Part shown: positions 36,864-50,268 of the stretch, piece by piece
Position numbering within the stretch: position 1 is the stretch's first letter
Layout of the letters: each line of letters starts with the position of its first letter
From: Amoebophrya sp. A120
Taxonomy: Eukaryota > Protista > Dinoflagellata
Reading direction: 5' to 3'
Assembly: GCA_905178155.1 (NCBI GenBank)
Contig: CAJINV010000007.1
Location: forward strand, 814,627 to 878,626
DNA length: 64,000 nucleotides
Notes under the pieces: model-generated
Told to the model about the DNA's origin: nothing
The model's input: only the letters and a program-made list of their open reading frames with translations
Database searches by the model: none
Made by a program: the position numbers and the translations under genes

Positions 36864-38010
36864 ATGTCCTCCTCCGAGCAGCAAGACAGTTCCTCTCGGC
36901 GTGACGACCGTAGAGCCCGGTCCAGATCTCGGTCCCCCCGGGTGGGGAGTAAGTCGAGCAGCAACGCCTTAGACAAGCGAGAAAACAACCGTCCGCAGCA
37001 TTCGCTCTCCACCACGGCCAACAGCAAATACGACACTTCGAACTTTTACGTCCGCTACTACGTCGGCCACCGCGGGAAATTCGGGCATGAGTTTTTGGAA
37101 TTTGAACTGCGCAGCAACGGCCGGCTGCGCTACGCGAACAACAGCAACTACAAGAACGACACCATGATTCGGAAGGAAGCGCATGTCACGAAGGCGGTGA
37201 TTGTATCATATGTACATAGGTCCCCACCCCAGAGTCAACAATGATTGGGAACTTAGCAACACAAACCCAGAAGTTTTGGGAGCCACGCATGACAAGTTGC
37301 GGTCCATAGTGTGCTAGTGCATGGAAGTAAAAATGTGACAACCGCATCAGAAATGCATCTGCTTATCCTGTTTAGAGCATTGCAAATTCCATCAAAACGT
37401 GATTGGAAATGCCTCGTCTCATGGAGAGGCGCATTACAAATGTTCCTGTAACGTCAAATCTGCATGACAACCATGGGGTGGGGACGTTGTTACTCAGGAT
37501 AGATTGAAACTCTGCTGAAAATCGTGGTCGACTCGGATATTTTGACCTGCGACGATGACAAATGGCCGGAACCGGACCGGGTGGGGCGACAGGAGCTGGA
37601 GATTATTCACGGCCGCGATCACATCTCCTTCACCACCAGTAAAATCGGGTATGACAGTGCACAACTTCCCCTCCGTCTCATTTGTATAGCTTGAACGGCA
37701 ATACAAGCGCCAGCGAGAACGCAGGTTTTGCATGGAAAATTTGCACAGGATTATAGTGCTGTTTCAGTTTCCAGAACTTGTCATGCAAACAGTGCCAAGA
37801 GGCACAGCCTTGGTTGGGCATTTCACATGACAAATGAGAGGGAGGGAGGGGGTTGTGCACTGTTATATCGGGAAGATCAAGGAAGTCCACGAGTCGAACG
37901 ACAAGGACGGGCTGGAGAAGTTTTACTACCTCGTGCAGGACTTGAAGTGCTTCGTTTTTTCCTTGATGTCTTTGCACTTCCGCATTAACCCGGTGTCGAA
38001 GGCGGTCTGA
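36864..38010 (+). CDS. mago: Mago nashi (exon junction complex core), 3 exons, RS-rich N-terminal extension
   Basis: [25 protein letters not shown]|[36 protein letters not shown]|[20 protein letters not shown]; exons 36864-37203, 37507-37649, 37873-38010. Confidence 0.97.
37204..37501. mobile_element. Introner family J (mago intron 1)
   Basis: DR GATTG; removal restores colinear Mago. Confidence 0.95.
37650..37867. mobile_element. Introner family K (mago intron 2)
   Basis: DR TCGGG; removal restores colinear Mago. Confidence 0.95.
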
Positions 38011-39268
38011 TGCAGGAGCTCTACTTGAGGCGATTTAAATACAATCCGACGAGAGAAAGGACCACTTGTAGTATTTGGACTTACAACCACCACGGAGGTA
38101 GAGGTTTGATCGGAAGAGGTGTTGTGTTGACGGTGTTGTTGAGCTAGAAGAGAACAAAGATGATGTTGCCGCTTTCAACATCTAAACGACACGCAGACCA
38201 AGAACCGCGCAACATCAGCAGGAGCCAAAAATTAGCTGCAGGTTTGCCAACTGGGAGGTGGCCAAGGATTAATACGGTCGCTTGCTTTATTACCAATAAA
38301 ACTGAAGCAGGGAAGACTCTTCAGCATCTGCTTCTGTCGTGGCGGCCCTTCTATCATGTCACCGTGCTAGAACTCACTGTCACTTTCGAACCACACTACT
38401 AGAAGTACATCTCCTCGCGATCGCCCCTGTTTTGATGCTTTCCAGAAAAAAGTATGAAAAAGCCTTAGCCTGTTTTCGTGGCTTTTAGCGAGGTCGTCGA
38501 GGACTGCATCTGTACGATGAAAGTTGTTCATCGTGCATTGGAGGCGATTGCGGTGTTCATTTTCACCTAAAAAAAACCAGTTCGGTGAACGAAAAGAATC
38601 AGGAGCACGTCGAAAACGAAACCACGACTTCTTTCTTGGACGAGGTTTTTCCTGCGACCCGACTGGTAATGACAAAGATCATGCTCGTCTTCATCCCCAC
38701 CTGTGTGCAAACAAGAAACTACCTAAGGTCCAAAAAATGAAGATCGCTTTCGTTTGATATCAAGGGTCTCGCCGCCCTGCAGACTAAAATACTGTTGAAT
38801 TTATGCATCCGGAAGTTCTTCTTGAGAAGTTATGGCTGATCTTCTGATGACAGATCCTGTAGCTACATGAAAGCACGCGTAGACAAGGATTGACCGAAGG
38901 TTCACCGCATCGCTTGTTCTCCATCCAGACCGTCGTTTACTCCTACTGATCGAGTTAAAGTGCCTATAAATTTCTTACGACTATGATTAACTTCTCGGAT
39001 AAGTACTTGTTATTTTCGCTGACCGCATAAGACAACTTGTACTTTTAGTTGTACTGCTTATATACTTCTTCTACCCGCTGGGCCGCACATCTTGAAACTT
39101 TTTCGGATTATTTTGTGTTGGCAGAGTAGTGCTATGAAGTTGTAAGTCACAACATTCGGTTCTTAAATTGAAGTGAGAGAAAAAAACATCATCAGAGCCG
39201 GCGCTGCGAATCCACGTCGTAAAAGAAATTTCTCCCAGTAGATCATCCAGTTGATATACAAAAGCAAA

Positions 39269-42200
39269 ATGAGCGTCTACCTCATCACGCTTCCTTCCTG
39301 CCTGGTCCTGGCGTTCTCCGGCATCTGCCTCAGCATCGCCCGGGCCTCGGAGATCTACCTGTGGGCGATCAAGGACCTGCACTTTTTTATGCATCACAAA
39401 AGTGTAAATCGTAGTCGTCCCCGAGGACCCGATAATACATAGGAGTAATTGGAATTGCATCTTCAACAGAAATTTTGATCGAAGCCAGGAAATTGTCACG
39501 CGGAACCAGCTAGCAAAGAAATGCAAAACACAGCTGTCGCCTGTCACTGTCATGATTGCAATTAGTACGAGCACGACCGCCACCGCGATAGTACACTTTT
39601 GCAATGCATACTCCCCTTTTTCACGGCGTTCACCACGTTCTTCATGCTCTTTTTCCTCGCCCACGCACTGGGACAACAGGGTGGAAGTGAAAAAATCAGC
39701 AAGGAACGAACTACATCAAAAGCAAAAAATAAAACAACGAAAATAACTGCAGCAACTGCAACGACGAGCAGAATGACGACTACGCAGGTTTTCCTTCTCC
39801 TAAGCGCAGCAACCACCTGCAGTGTGCTGTTTTTCTCGCACAAGCTCTTCGATGAGCCGTTGTTGCAAGAATTTCTGGAGGAATACAACGCTACGACAAA
39901 TAAAAGACTGGCGGGCAAGACCGTTCTCATCACAGGCGCGAACTCCGGGGTCGGTTTGGAGTCTGCGATCTGGGCAAGTTCGGAACTGGGGAATGCGAAA
40001 ACTGTTTTTCTAGGCACCAGGAACGTGCAGAAGTGCGAGGAGGCAAAGAGAAAGATTCTGGAGCGTTTGGTGCCTGGGGACAAAAAATTAGATCAAGACT
40101 ATTTTATTGCACCTCCCGGTCGGAGTTTTGATACAGCTACAGCTTCTGGTGCCGCGACAGTATTGACAACTCCATCGGAAGCTGCCGCTCTGTATCCACA
40201 GGAAATTTGTTTTTGTTCCCGTACACGTATACAAACCAGCTGTCTGCATGATAGAACTTTTCTTCAATCGTATTCACATTCAGCAGGATGTTGACAAGTG
40301 GCACGCACTATTAAGTCAGCGAACAATAAATTTGTGACGCGCTACTTTGTATGTTATACGTGTGGACGGGATCATGAACAAATTTGTATTGCATACCCTG
40401 AAGGAAAAAATCGGAGACCGCTTAAAGTGCTTCAACTTCGAACTGATTCCGATTGACAAGCAGAAAATCGAATTGGAAATCAAGAAAACGCTCGAGAAAA
40501 CGAACGTATCAAATGAAAAAAATGTCTGGGTCTGGAAGAGTCATGCTGTTTCTGCATGACACAGAAGGTGTGGCATGGAAGCACTAGCATCACAGGTTTC
40601 GACAAGCTTCCGCAATGCTGAATCCGCATGACGAAGCCCTCATTTTGGTGACAGAAAGTGAGCAGCTTTTGCTGCCTATGCATCAGAGATTTTTGTGTGT
40701 TCTGAAATGCGCATCACAAGTTGCATTCTTCCAGACCCAGACATTTTTACACTTGATAGGGCGTAAAAGTCGACATTTTAGTTTCCAATGCGGGCTTCGC
40801 CGGAGGAAGGAATCACCACGCCATGTACATTTCGCACAAAATTTTGCAAACTCTGTTGAAAATGAAGTCCAACCGGAACCTGAAAACCGTCACCGTCTCC
40901 AGCATGACCGCCTGGCTGTTTTGCGCGCTTCCCTCGGTGTACTTTCACTACAGCATTTTGCAGCCATTTGTGCGAAATTTCGTGGACGGCATGTGCGGCG
41001 TGGCGGCGGAGGAAATCAAGAATTTGAAAGCGAAGGGACTCGATGTTCAACTACCGGTGTTCTATCCGCGCGTGAAATTCTATGAGAGTGCACAGCTTCC
41101 ACCTGTCCCCTTCATTTGTATAGCATGATGAACAGCAATAGAAGCGTCAGCAAGAGTGGCGGTTTTGCATGACAGATTTACACAGGAGTGTAGAAGTACT
41201 GCTTGGGCTGCTGGCAGAATTTGTCGTGCAAACCGTGCGAAGAAGCACAGGCTGGATTTGGTATTTTGCATGACAAATGAGGGGGGCGGGGAGTAGTTGT
41301 GCACTCTGATAAATTCTGGCAAGTTCTCGGAGGTGACACCGAGGACGAGATCGCGGTTCCGCTTGCGTTTGTACGCACGAGCATAAACCTATGGAACTGT
41401 CAGGATTGAAATCGACAAAGTTGAAATAACTTGTAATGCATAAAACGGATACCAGTTAGACCTACAGTTTGTAGTCGGCGCATGACAAATTTTCCCGGTC
41501 CTGGAAGCGAGTCTGTCATGCGGTTTAGGGCAAAGGAGCTGCCTTCTGTCATGCTAGTCAGCAGTCCAACTTTTGACCCTTTCCAGGACTATAATCTGCC
41601 TCCCGTGCGTCCTCTGCAATAGATTCAGTTTTTGTATCGCATTTTATGCATGACAAATCATTTCAACTCTGACGATTTCAAACCTGATACATCCATAAAA
41701 CCCCGGGCTGATGGATAGTTTCCTGGGCGAGAACTTCATGCGGACGGCGAAAATTGGCGCCCTGCCGATCGTGAAAGCGGTGCTCATGCTCGCGGAGGAG
41801 CCGAACGCAACCACGGGGAAAAGTCGTGCTGTGGTGGACAAGAAAATGGACGAAGAAAGACTAGAACCTGGAAAAACAAACTCCGTCCAAGAACAGAAAC
41901 AACTACCGGACACCAGCACTACTAGGGCCTCCACGGTTGGGAGGGAGCCGACCTTATGAACTGCAAAAGTATCGCACTCGTATAAATGCATTACAAATTT
42001 CCTCAGCATGAGAAAAAAAATCTGTAATGCGGATTTACCTTGGAAGAAAGATTTGTAATGCATGTTTGCAATTACTACGAGTGCGATACTTTTGCACAGG
42101 ATAGACCTGTGTGCACCATGATTTATCCGTCACGAACTACTTATCAAATACAAAAGTGTCTGGGTCCGGAAGCGGGTACACTCGTCATGCAGGTTTTCCA

Positions 42201-42511
42201 TGACCCATGTTGAGGTCCGGAATGCGAGACCTAGCATGACAAACTCTGTGAGGTCTCTGCCATGCCTCTCCTGCATGAGAAACGCCCTTCCAACTTGGTC
42301 GAAAGTAGACAGCTTTTGGCACTCATGCAACACAGATTTTTGCATGATTCGGAGTCAGCACGACAAGTTGCTATTTTCCAGGCCCAGACATATTTGCAAT
42401 GCATACTACTGCTTCTCCGACGATTTCACTTGGTCGAAGGGAAGCTGTATCGATTTTGTGGAGGAAAGGGAAAAATTGGATAAACTGTTCGCGGAGGAAT
42501 TTTTTTCGTAG
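39269..42511 (+). CDS. Membrane-anchored short-chain dehydrogenase/reductase (retinol DH-like), 8 exons
   Basis: GKTVLITGANSGVG, VDILVSNAG, VTVSS and SINPG motifs restored after removing 7 introners; N-terminal hydrophobic segments. Confidence 0.85.
39388..39610. mobile_element. Introner F-like, degenerate DR
   Basis: TIRs present; flanks TTTTT/CTCCC; removal of element plus 5 nt keeps frame. Confidence 0.75.
40193..40395. mobile_element. Introner family M
   Basis: DR CTCTG/CCCTG. Confidence 0.82.
40507..40758. mobile_element. Introner family B
   Basis: DR GAACG/GGGCG. Confidence 0.85.
41081..41311. mobile_element. Introner family K
   Basis: DR AATTC. Confidence 0.9.
41390..41697. mobile_element. 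Introner family A
   Basis: DR AAACC. Confidence 0.9.
41955..42103. mobile_element. Introner family F
   Basis: DR GACCT. Confidence 0.9.
42142..42405. mobile_element. Introner family B
   Basis: DR CTACT. Confidence 0.9.
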
Positions 42512-43406
42512 AAGATAACTCAGGCAGAACAGGACTCCTTCGACTTCTTCGTTTTTTTTCGCTCTACGAAGCACAAGCAAGTACTCCTTTGATTGTCTAC
42601 GAATCAAAGCAAATTCAGCAAGTACTTCTTGATGTGTCGACGGCCGCGGGTGTTTCATCTTCTTGATTGTTCTTGCTTGGAGGCACTGCTGCTGCTGCTG
42701 CTGCTGCCTGACGGGATCAAGACTGTTGGTAGTGGTTCATCGGTTGATTGTAAAGATATCAAAGGAAAATCTATCACACCGCGCTCCTATCGGTCTTTCG
42801 CATTTTTCTCCTGGTGTTGCACTAGCCCCACAGCAAGTTCTACCTAGCTTCCTGTCGGGTGATGTCATCATCTTGTACTACATTCTGTGCACCGAAAAAA
42901 AATCCACATCGGTTTTAATTTCGAGCAGTAGATCACTGTTATTCTGTTGCGCCTCCTGAGGACATGGATGTAGTACATGTTCTGTCACTGTCCAACGAAG
43001 TATCTGTTTGTTTTTTCTGTGATCTCTTCGGTGGAGCATATTCGCTGTTGATGAAGTTGAAGAATTTGAACTTCGTGAAGTTCTTGCTTAACGATCCTCG
43101 GTCCCTAGTTTCGCTTGCATCGCATGCGCTCCGCTTATATCGGTTCACGCTTTATTGCGGTGGAAGAGTTCTTGTCGGGTGCAGTAGGTACTTGTTAGTA
43201 TCACTATAACATCAAGTGCCTCTATTCAAGAACCCAAACACGGTGGTCTACTTCGTCACCGGAGCGACTAGGACTGCTTGGAAAAATTCTGGCGCTTTCA
43301 AGAACAACCAGGACATTATTTAACGACCCCAGTCATTTTATTTTTCTCTGCTTTTCGATTATTTGATTTTGATTTGACGTTGACCACCACACAGACGACT
43401 AACATC

Positions 43407-46400
43407 ATGCCACTGTTTCATATTTCGATTCTTTTTTCTTGGTTGGTGCGCATTTTCACCAGCTTCAAATGGCGACGCAAGAAGCTGCTGCTCAAGAACA
43501 CCACCGCGTCAAGAAATCGACAGCGGCGCGTCCTGGTGTCGTGGCCAGTGCAATTTTTCATACAGCACATGGTGGCGACACTGATGTTTTTGACAGCAAT
43601 TATTATGCTGTTGACCACGACCGGGACGCTTTTCCTCACGAAGACGTCGTGGCGTAATAATGCATCAACTCCGCGACGAGGACCTTGGGCCGCGAGGACC
43701 TCCGATGACGTGGAGGACTACAGCCTGATTTTCAGCACAACAACGTACTCGACGCGCCGGACTACAAGAAGTACAACAGTTGATGCGGGGGCAGCCGCAG
43801 CTCCTCGTCCTGGCGAGGTCGTAGTGGACATGAGAACTAGAAGGCCTACATCAGACGCACCTGCTCTGGTAGTAAAAACCACGACACGAGATGAACAACT
43901 ACAAGAACAAAGATCAGCCGCTTTTTTTGTCCACGGTATCGCTTTTGTGAAGAGGAGAAATTCTAGAGGACGCAGCAACACAAAGGACGTGAGCGGGAGT
44001 TTTGAAGTAGATGCTGATCATGTAGTTGTTGGCGGTCCACACGAGGACTACATGAACGGCATCTCGTCGTCCACCTCCCCGTCGTGGAGTTTGTCCCCAG
44101 TAAGAACTACACCCGCAATTTTTACGTCCGTGGAAGTACTAGATCCTGTTGATCTTCCCAGGACGAGGAGTTCTACTACACGGAAGACGGATTCACTGTT
44201 TCCACGACCCAGCAGGAGTTCATCTACTTCTACATCTACTTCCGCCTTCGGACAAAAAGCTGAAGACGTTGCTGCGTCCCTGGTTCCTGAAGTTGTTGAT
44301 GTAGGAGCCCCGACATCGAAAAGTAGAGCCAGAACTTCTGTGAGCTTTTCGCTTTCATCCTTTGCAGAAAGAACAACAGGGGAAGATGAACAACAACAAA
44401 CAGGGACCAATGAAAGGACAAATGCTGACGTCGACAAAGGCAGGAAGCTGCCAGAGAGGAAGAACGCAGCAACAGGAGGTGGGACACCAGAAGCGACCCA
44501 TCAAAGGACCACAGCAAGAACACCTTCGACCGACGCCACAGAGAAGATAAAAGACAAAGACAAACCCGAAGCAAATAAAAAAGATAGCACAACATCAAGA
44601 AGCAGGCTGGTGGGCGAAGATGAAGGTAATCAGCAAAGTACTATTGTCAAAAGAACCAGCTACCCGACCGAGTGGAACCGTTCGCCAAATGAGGAAGACT
44701 ATCCGCCGCTCGTCGTCCCTGCTAAGGTGGACCTCCAGCAAGGTGCTATGGGTAGCAGCAACTACCCGGACGAGGGCGAGGGCTATGAGGACCTTCTGGG
44801 AGCCCCCTACCTGAGAAAACTGTTGCTGCTGCCAGAGTTGGAAAGAGCGACACGGCATCCAGCTCTGTTTTTTTCGAAAGAATTGGTTCTCGCCCCGGCG
44901 TATCAAGTGCAAATATGTTGACTGGGTCTACTTCACATCTGGAGGATTGCTAGGCTTGTTGTTATGCGCGGTCTTTCTTATGACTACGCCCCTTCAGGGT
45001 TGGCGTTTCTTCGTAAGAAATGGAATGCTAATGCAGCAGCTAGCACGACAGGTTCTGTCTCTGTGTTGAGGTTCTTACCATGCCTAATATCGATATCCCT
45101 CTTCTGCATGATGAGAAACCCCTCCTCAACTTGGTCAAAAGTTAGTACAAACTGTTGGGAAAAATCGTGCAAGACAGATTCATCAGACTCTTGTGTGCTA
45201 ACCCACGAGCTGCACAGGACGGCGCATCACAAGGTTGCCAGACCCAGACATGTTTGCGAAGCATACGCAGAGGGAAATTTCCAACACGACGCGAGAGGAC
45301 CCCGGACGGGAAATCGCTGTCCGTGTGGGAGACGTGGTGCCTATGCAATTATACAAACCTGGATGTCCCGTACTGCTTGTACAGAATTATCATGATGCAA
45401 CATTGCCAATGATAGATGTAGTTGTAGTACAAGTACTCGTTGTAGCTGCCATATGAGGGAGGTTCTACTTGGAGAAACGTTTTGTCATGTCCCGATCAAT
45501 ATCTTCCATGATTCAATGAAGATGCTGAGATGATGAAACAAGCCCCGCATTTGAAGAGGCGCTCGCCGTACGGGACATCACGGTTTCCCGAGGACAGCGC
45601 AAGCAGACGAAGTCGGTCCGACGCAACAAGGTGAGAAGAAGAAGGAAGTTGTTAGTTTGTTCCTGTTTTCCAAAGCGGAAGCCGACTTTTTGCAAAACCG
45701 AGTCCCGTATCAAATGCAAAAGTGTCTGGGTCTGGAAGGTTGGAACTTGTGATGCCAACTTTGGACTCTAAAAAAATCTGTATTGCATGACCAGCAAGAG
45801 GGGTCTAGTTTGTGCTACGCGGGGAGGGCATTATTTGTCATGCGGAGTAGGCATCAGGAAGCCCTCTAAAAATCTGTGATGCTAGGTCGTGCATTACAGA
45901 CATCCTGAGTCATGCAAAACATGCATGACAAGTCTCAGAAGCTTCCAGACCCAGACATTTTTGCATTTGATATCTCGGAGCGGGGCCGGCGCTCGCCCGA
46001 CTATGACCAGTTTCGGTATGGAGTCGTCAGACGTTACATTCTCAACTGTAGTTGCGTGAATTTGTAATCGTAAGAATGTGAATGACATCAAAAGTGAAAG
46101 GGGGAAGATTGCGCCTTTTGCATCAATACAGGCTTGGCGCAGATTGCTATCTAGCGCGTCGACAACTTGTCACGCGAAGCAGCTTGATCGTGTCGATATT
46201 GTTACTGATGGAAATTCTCCATGACCAATGCACGCAACAGTTGAGAATGTAACGCTTATGAATTTCATATCCGGAGTTTTCTAGGTGGAAAAACGCAGCT
46301 GCTGTTGGGTATTGTGAAAGCCTGGAGCCCCCACAGAAACACTGCGGAGGGGAAAACGGGATTCTCGGCTGAGTCCGTGATCAACGGGAGAGCGCGAATA

Positions 46401-48656
46401 GCGGGAGGGGACCAGGTTTTCGAGTGGTCAACACCATGGGGAAAGAACTTGAATGCGGGTCGGAAAGATACCTGGTCTGTTTTCGCAAGCTGGTTTATGT
46501 CTGACTGCCCGTTCCGAGACACTGTGAAGGCACATCCTCATCGAGCAAATAACTACAACAACTCGCCGCTGGCCGCTCGTGGGATCCGCGAACGGATGCG
46601 ATCTGCTCCCGAACAAGAAGACGTACTGCAGGCGGCTCGTCGCGTGATCTTCCTCACGGCGGCGTCTTTGGTGTCCAAAAATTCGCACTGGTTCCACTTT
46701 TTGCAGGAAACAGAACGGAAAGAGGGAGAAGCAGTCACCAATGGCAATGCCCGCAAAGTCAACAAATACGTATCGCACAGTCACCACCTGCAATGCCGGC
46801 TTTTGGCCAGCGGTATCCTCAGCATGGCCTGGATCGAAAATCCCTGGTCCCTGCGGTACCTCCTCGCCGTGACCAAAAGTCCTCGCTACCTCAAGCCCAC
46901 GAAGTACGAGCTCCCAGGCACCCGCGACGACCTGTACAGTGACGAAGACACTTGCCGACCAGTGCGGGAAGCCATGCGCGGGCGGATATCGTAATGAAAA
47001 ATCCCCCCTCCCCATACGAAAAAGGTATGACTCCGAAAATTTGCGTTGCTGATTTGCTGTTTCCTAACCCCGTTGCAGTGGGGGGTGGAAAACAGCAGGC
47101 AGTGTCATCCCGGGCGTCCGTTCCCCCGCAGGCGTGAATGTGAGGGACGATGTAAGGAGAAATACATATCTACACAAGGACCTGGGGGCTGTATCTCCAA
47201 CTGCCGAACGGCAACCCAGCGAGTACAGATTAAGCGGACGCAAGCCAGAAGAACACAAGAGGAGGAACGAAGTCCGAGACGGCAAGAACAGCAGCAGCCA
47301 CAGCCTTCCTTCTATGCCGTTTTATGACTTCTGCATGCCTTTTGTAAGTAATTTGTATAAAAAAAAAAAAAATTTGCGTTGCTGATTTGAGGTCACAAAT
47401 CACATCGGTCTTGCAAGAAGACAAGGGCAGAAGCTTCCGCCATATTATGGAAGCGACTTGCGACGCTGTTGGGCCTAAAGCGGGGCCGTTTGCCATGCTG
47501 AGCAACTAGATCCATACGCCCCTCCCTAGCGTGGGGATCTGGCCGCAGTGCCTCTCTGCAATACAAGGCTGATTGGTGTACACAAATCCAGCATCAGAAA
47601 TTTCGTTTTGATATGGGGAGGGGGGATCTTTCCTTTTGATAGCGGAAGAAGCTAAGTTTCGCAAACTTTTTGAAGCAACTGGCGCTAGCGGCGAGGGAAG
47701 ACAACGATCCGAGGAGATGGATTCTGGGGACCACGGACATGAGTAGGCAACATCAAAATGCAACTACTAGCACTGCTCTTGGGACGACAACGAGCAATGT
47801 CGAGGCTGGGAAGAGGAAACTGAAACAAGACCTGTTACATAATATCGTACACGATCATGATGTTGACCTTGAGCTTGACACTGAGGACGAAGATTACCTG
47901 CTTTATTTTACAGGAGAAGGAGCCGGGGCTGGCTACGGAGATGTTGACACCTCCAAAATCTCCGCCCTGTTGAACAGCCGCGGTGGAGGACAGTCTCTGA
48001 CCGAAAAGAGGACGACTGCTACCCACAGTAGTCTCGTCGCTGAGGACCTAGACGAAGAAGAACAAGAACGGCTACTAGAAGAGAAGACCCGTACCAAGAA
48101 AAAAGCTCGCGCGATCCGGATTTGGCACACGCTGCACTTGGAAGGACTTGCGCTGGCCCTGCAGCGCGATGGCGAGCTTTGGTGTGAGGCGTGGTTTCGG
48201 GAGCATTTGGAGGAGTTGCTGACAGAGACGACTACACGACGGGCAGGGTCCTCATCGCATTTCGCCTCGCCACTCCAGACTTACAGCAAGCGAGACCGAA
48301 GGCAGTTCTACTATTTCTTCCAATTTTTAGCCGTGAGTCAGGCCGGTGCGAACGGGCTTTCCTGTGTGCAGCGAGGACAAGCAGAACTACAGGGTGAACT
48401 ACAAAACGACTCGTCGCAGCTCCTACACGACTGGCCTGGCCTGATTGATACTGCTCTGGTATTTCTAGACCAACGTCGCAGTGAAGCAGGTGCAGTGCTG
48501 ACCCTACACCCTAATACAACAAGAACGACGTCGGCGGGGGCAGCTGCGCCAAGAAGCAGGAAAAATCACGTCTGGTTTCTATGGCCTGCTCCTCAGGAGG
48601 TGGAGGTCACACACCAAGAACATTATTGTTCCAAGCTATCATGCCTGGATATGTAA
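43407..48656 (+). CDS. Hypothetical S/T-rich protein with N-terminal TM segments, 5' part; may continue into 48956-63766
   Basis: Frame continuous across 5 introners; joining at 48.65-50.55 kb could not be resolved. Confidence 0.55.
44901..45265. mobile_element. Introner family B, aged
   Basis: DR CGGCG/CGCAG. Confidence 0.8.
45342..45596. mobile_element. Introner, aged (GATGTCCCGTAC inverted core)
   Basis: DR GTGCC/GCGCA; ends ACA; frame kept. Confidence 0.65.
45708..45972. mobile_element. Introner family B
   Basis: DR TCCCG/TCTCG. Confidence 0.88.
46017..46269. mobile_element. Introner family D
   Basis: DR TTCGG/TCCGG. Confidence 0.85.
46987..47641. mobile_element. Introner family I with nested retro-insertion
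   Basis: DR GCGGA. Confidence 0.9.
47057..47368 (+). mobile_element. Poly(A)-tailed retro-insertion (LINE/SINE 3' fragment or retrocopy) nested in an introner
   Basis: 21-bp TSD aaaatttgcgttgctgatttg at 47036-47056 and 47369-47389; A-run from 47359. Confidence 0.85.
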
Positions 48657-48955
48657 ATTTCTACTCCTAGTATCTCAAAAATTTCGTTCAGTGCGCATCG
48701 ACACTCGACCAGAAGGGCGAATCGATAAGATAGAAAAGGTGCGCGTTTGTACTAGTGTTATTTTGCATGTGCTTTCTTCAGCATGAGGCGCGCAGCTGCT
48801 GTGGTGCCTAAGTACTCATCTGGAATGAGTACAAAAAACTGCTAGTGCCGCTTCCAAACGTGATTGCAATATACAGAAAAAAGAATTGTCGAAGATGTTT
48901 GTCTTTCTCTTTGTCTTTGTCCCTACACCGCGACCACCACCTGAGCGGGCCATAA

Positions 48956-49556
48956 GTGTCGCAAGGAGTAGACCCAGACGAAGCCCCTCCTCCTGGTCGT
49001 AAGAACGCAGCTGTCAACAGCCGCTTTTCTTCCGGATTTGTTGTTAACCTCGTCTTGCTTGACATGCTGCAGCTTCCGTTGCGCCTCACGTTTTTGCTCC
49101 CAGAGCAAACTGATGTTGCACCACGACGACCCCGAGAACAAACGGGCACGGGTTTGAAAGTGGGAGAGCAAGAAGCTCGTCATCTTCTACTTCCAGAAGA
49201 AGCTAATGCAACTGCTGATTTCTCTAAAAAGGGAAGATCTTCGACACCAACGCACTACCGGCATGATGAAGAGTCATCTTTTCCTGCTGCTGTGGTGAAG
49301 CAACAAACTACCCTAAGTCTAGCCCGTGCACAACTCGGAGTAGAGGTCGCGCGTGAAGATATATTGCGTCGGGAGGTGCAGGTGCGCGCGGGCCGCGTGA
49401 CAGTTAGTGCAGCATCTTCTTCTATTGTTCATCTTGGGCCGCGGGACATCGACTTCCACGACCAGGCGCGTAGCAACCTGCAGCTGAGCCATCATGATGC
49501 CGACAACAAAGTTCGGCGTTGTAAAGTGCTGTATTTTGAGAATCTAATGGAACCCG
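48956..49556 (+). CDS. Probable internal exon
   Basis: ~200-codon ORF ending at introner 49557; 5' boundary unresolved. Confidence 0.4.
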
Positions 49557-49835
49557 TATCCTGAGTAAAAACGTACCCACACCAGAGTCAGGATGGGGAT
49601 TTTGCAACACAAACCTAGGAGTTTTGTGAGTCACGCATGACAAGTTTCAGTCCGTAAGGTAGTGCAAGTTAGCAAGGAAAGCAGCATCACAAATCGACCT
49701 TCTGATCCTGTTTACAGCATTACAAGTTCCCAAACACGATTGAAAATGCCTGTCATGGGGTTGCGCATCACAAATGTTCCTGTCATGGCAAATCTGCATG
49801 ACAACTCTGGGGTGGGTACGTTTTTACTCAGGATA
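49557..49835. mobile_element. Introner family J
   Basis: TIRs near-perfect; ACCCG repeat displaced by 3 nt on the right. Confidence 0.85.
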
Positions 49836-50268
49836 AAAACCCGACGTCGATCATCACGCGCCGGTCGTACAGGGCGCAAAGCCTACCTCTGCAGGCCCTC
49901 CCGATTTCTTTGAGACCTGGCTGGGCGCTCGGTGGACCCTCGATATCAAACGCAATAATAGAGTCATCGAATCGACTGGGGGGCCGTAGTGGTTCTCGGG
50001 AAGATTTTTGTAAGAGGAGCATAATGCTGCAAACTTGTTGTCAACATCTTGATCATCTTCATCCGCATGTAGTTTGTAGAACACGTCGACACAAATTGTA
50101 TCAGTCATGCATGGATGAAAGTCAAAGTAAGTTCCGTTGCTCATTTCTTTTATGTCGCCAAGGGCACCAAGGGACTAAAAACTTTTCGCGTTGCGGAAAG
50201 CGGTGATGTTGTAATATGCTAGGCATTGAACAACTTCTCAACATCAATAATGAAAACGTCTGAATAAG

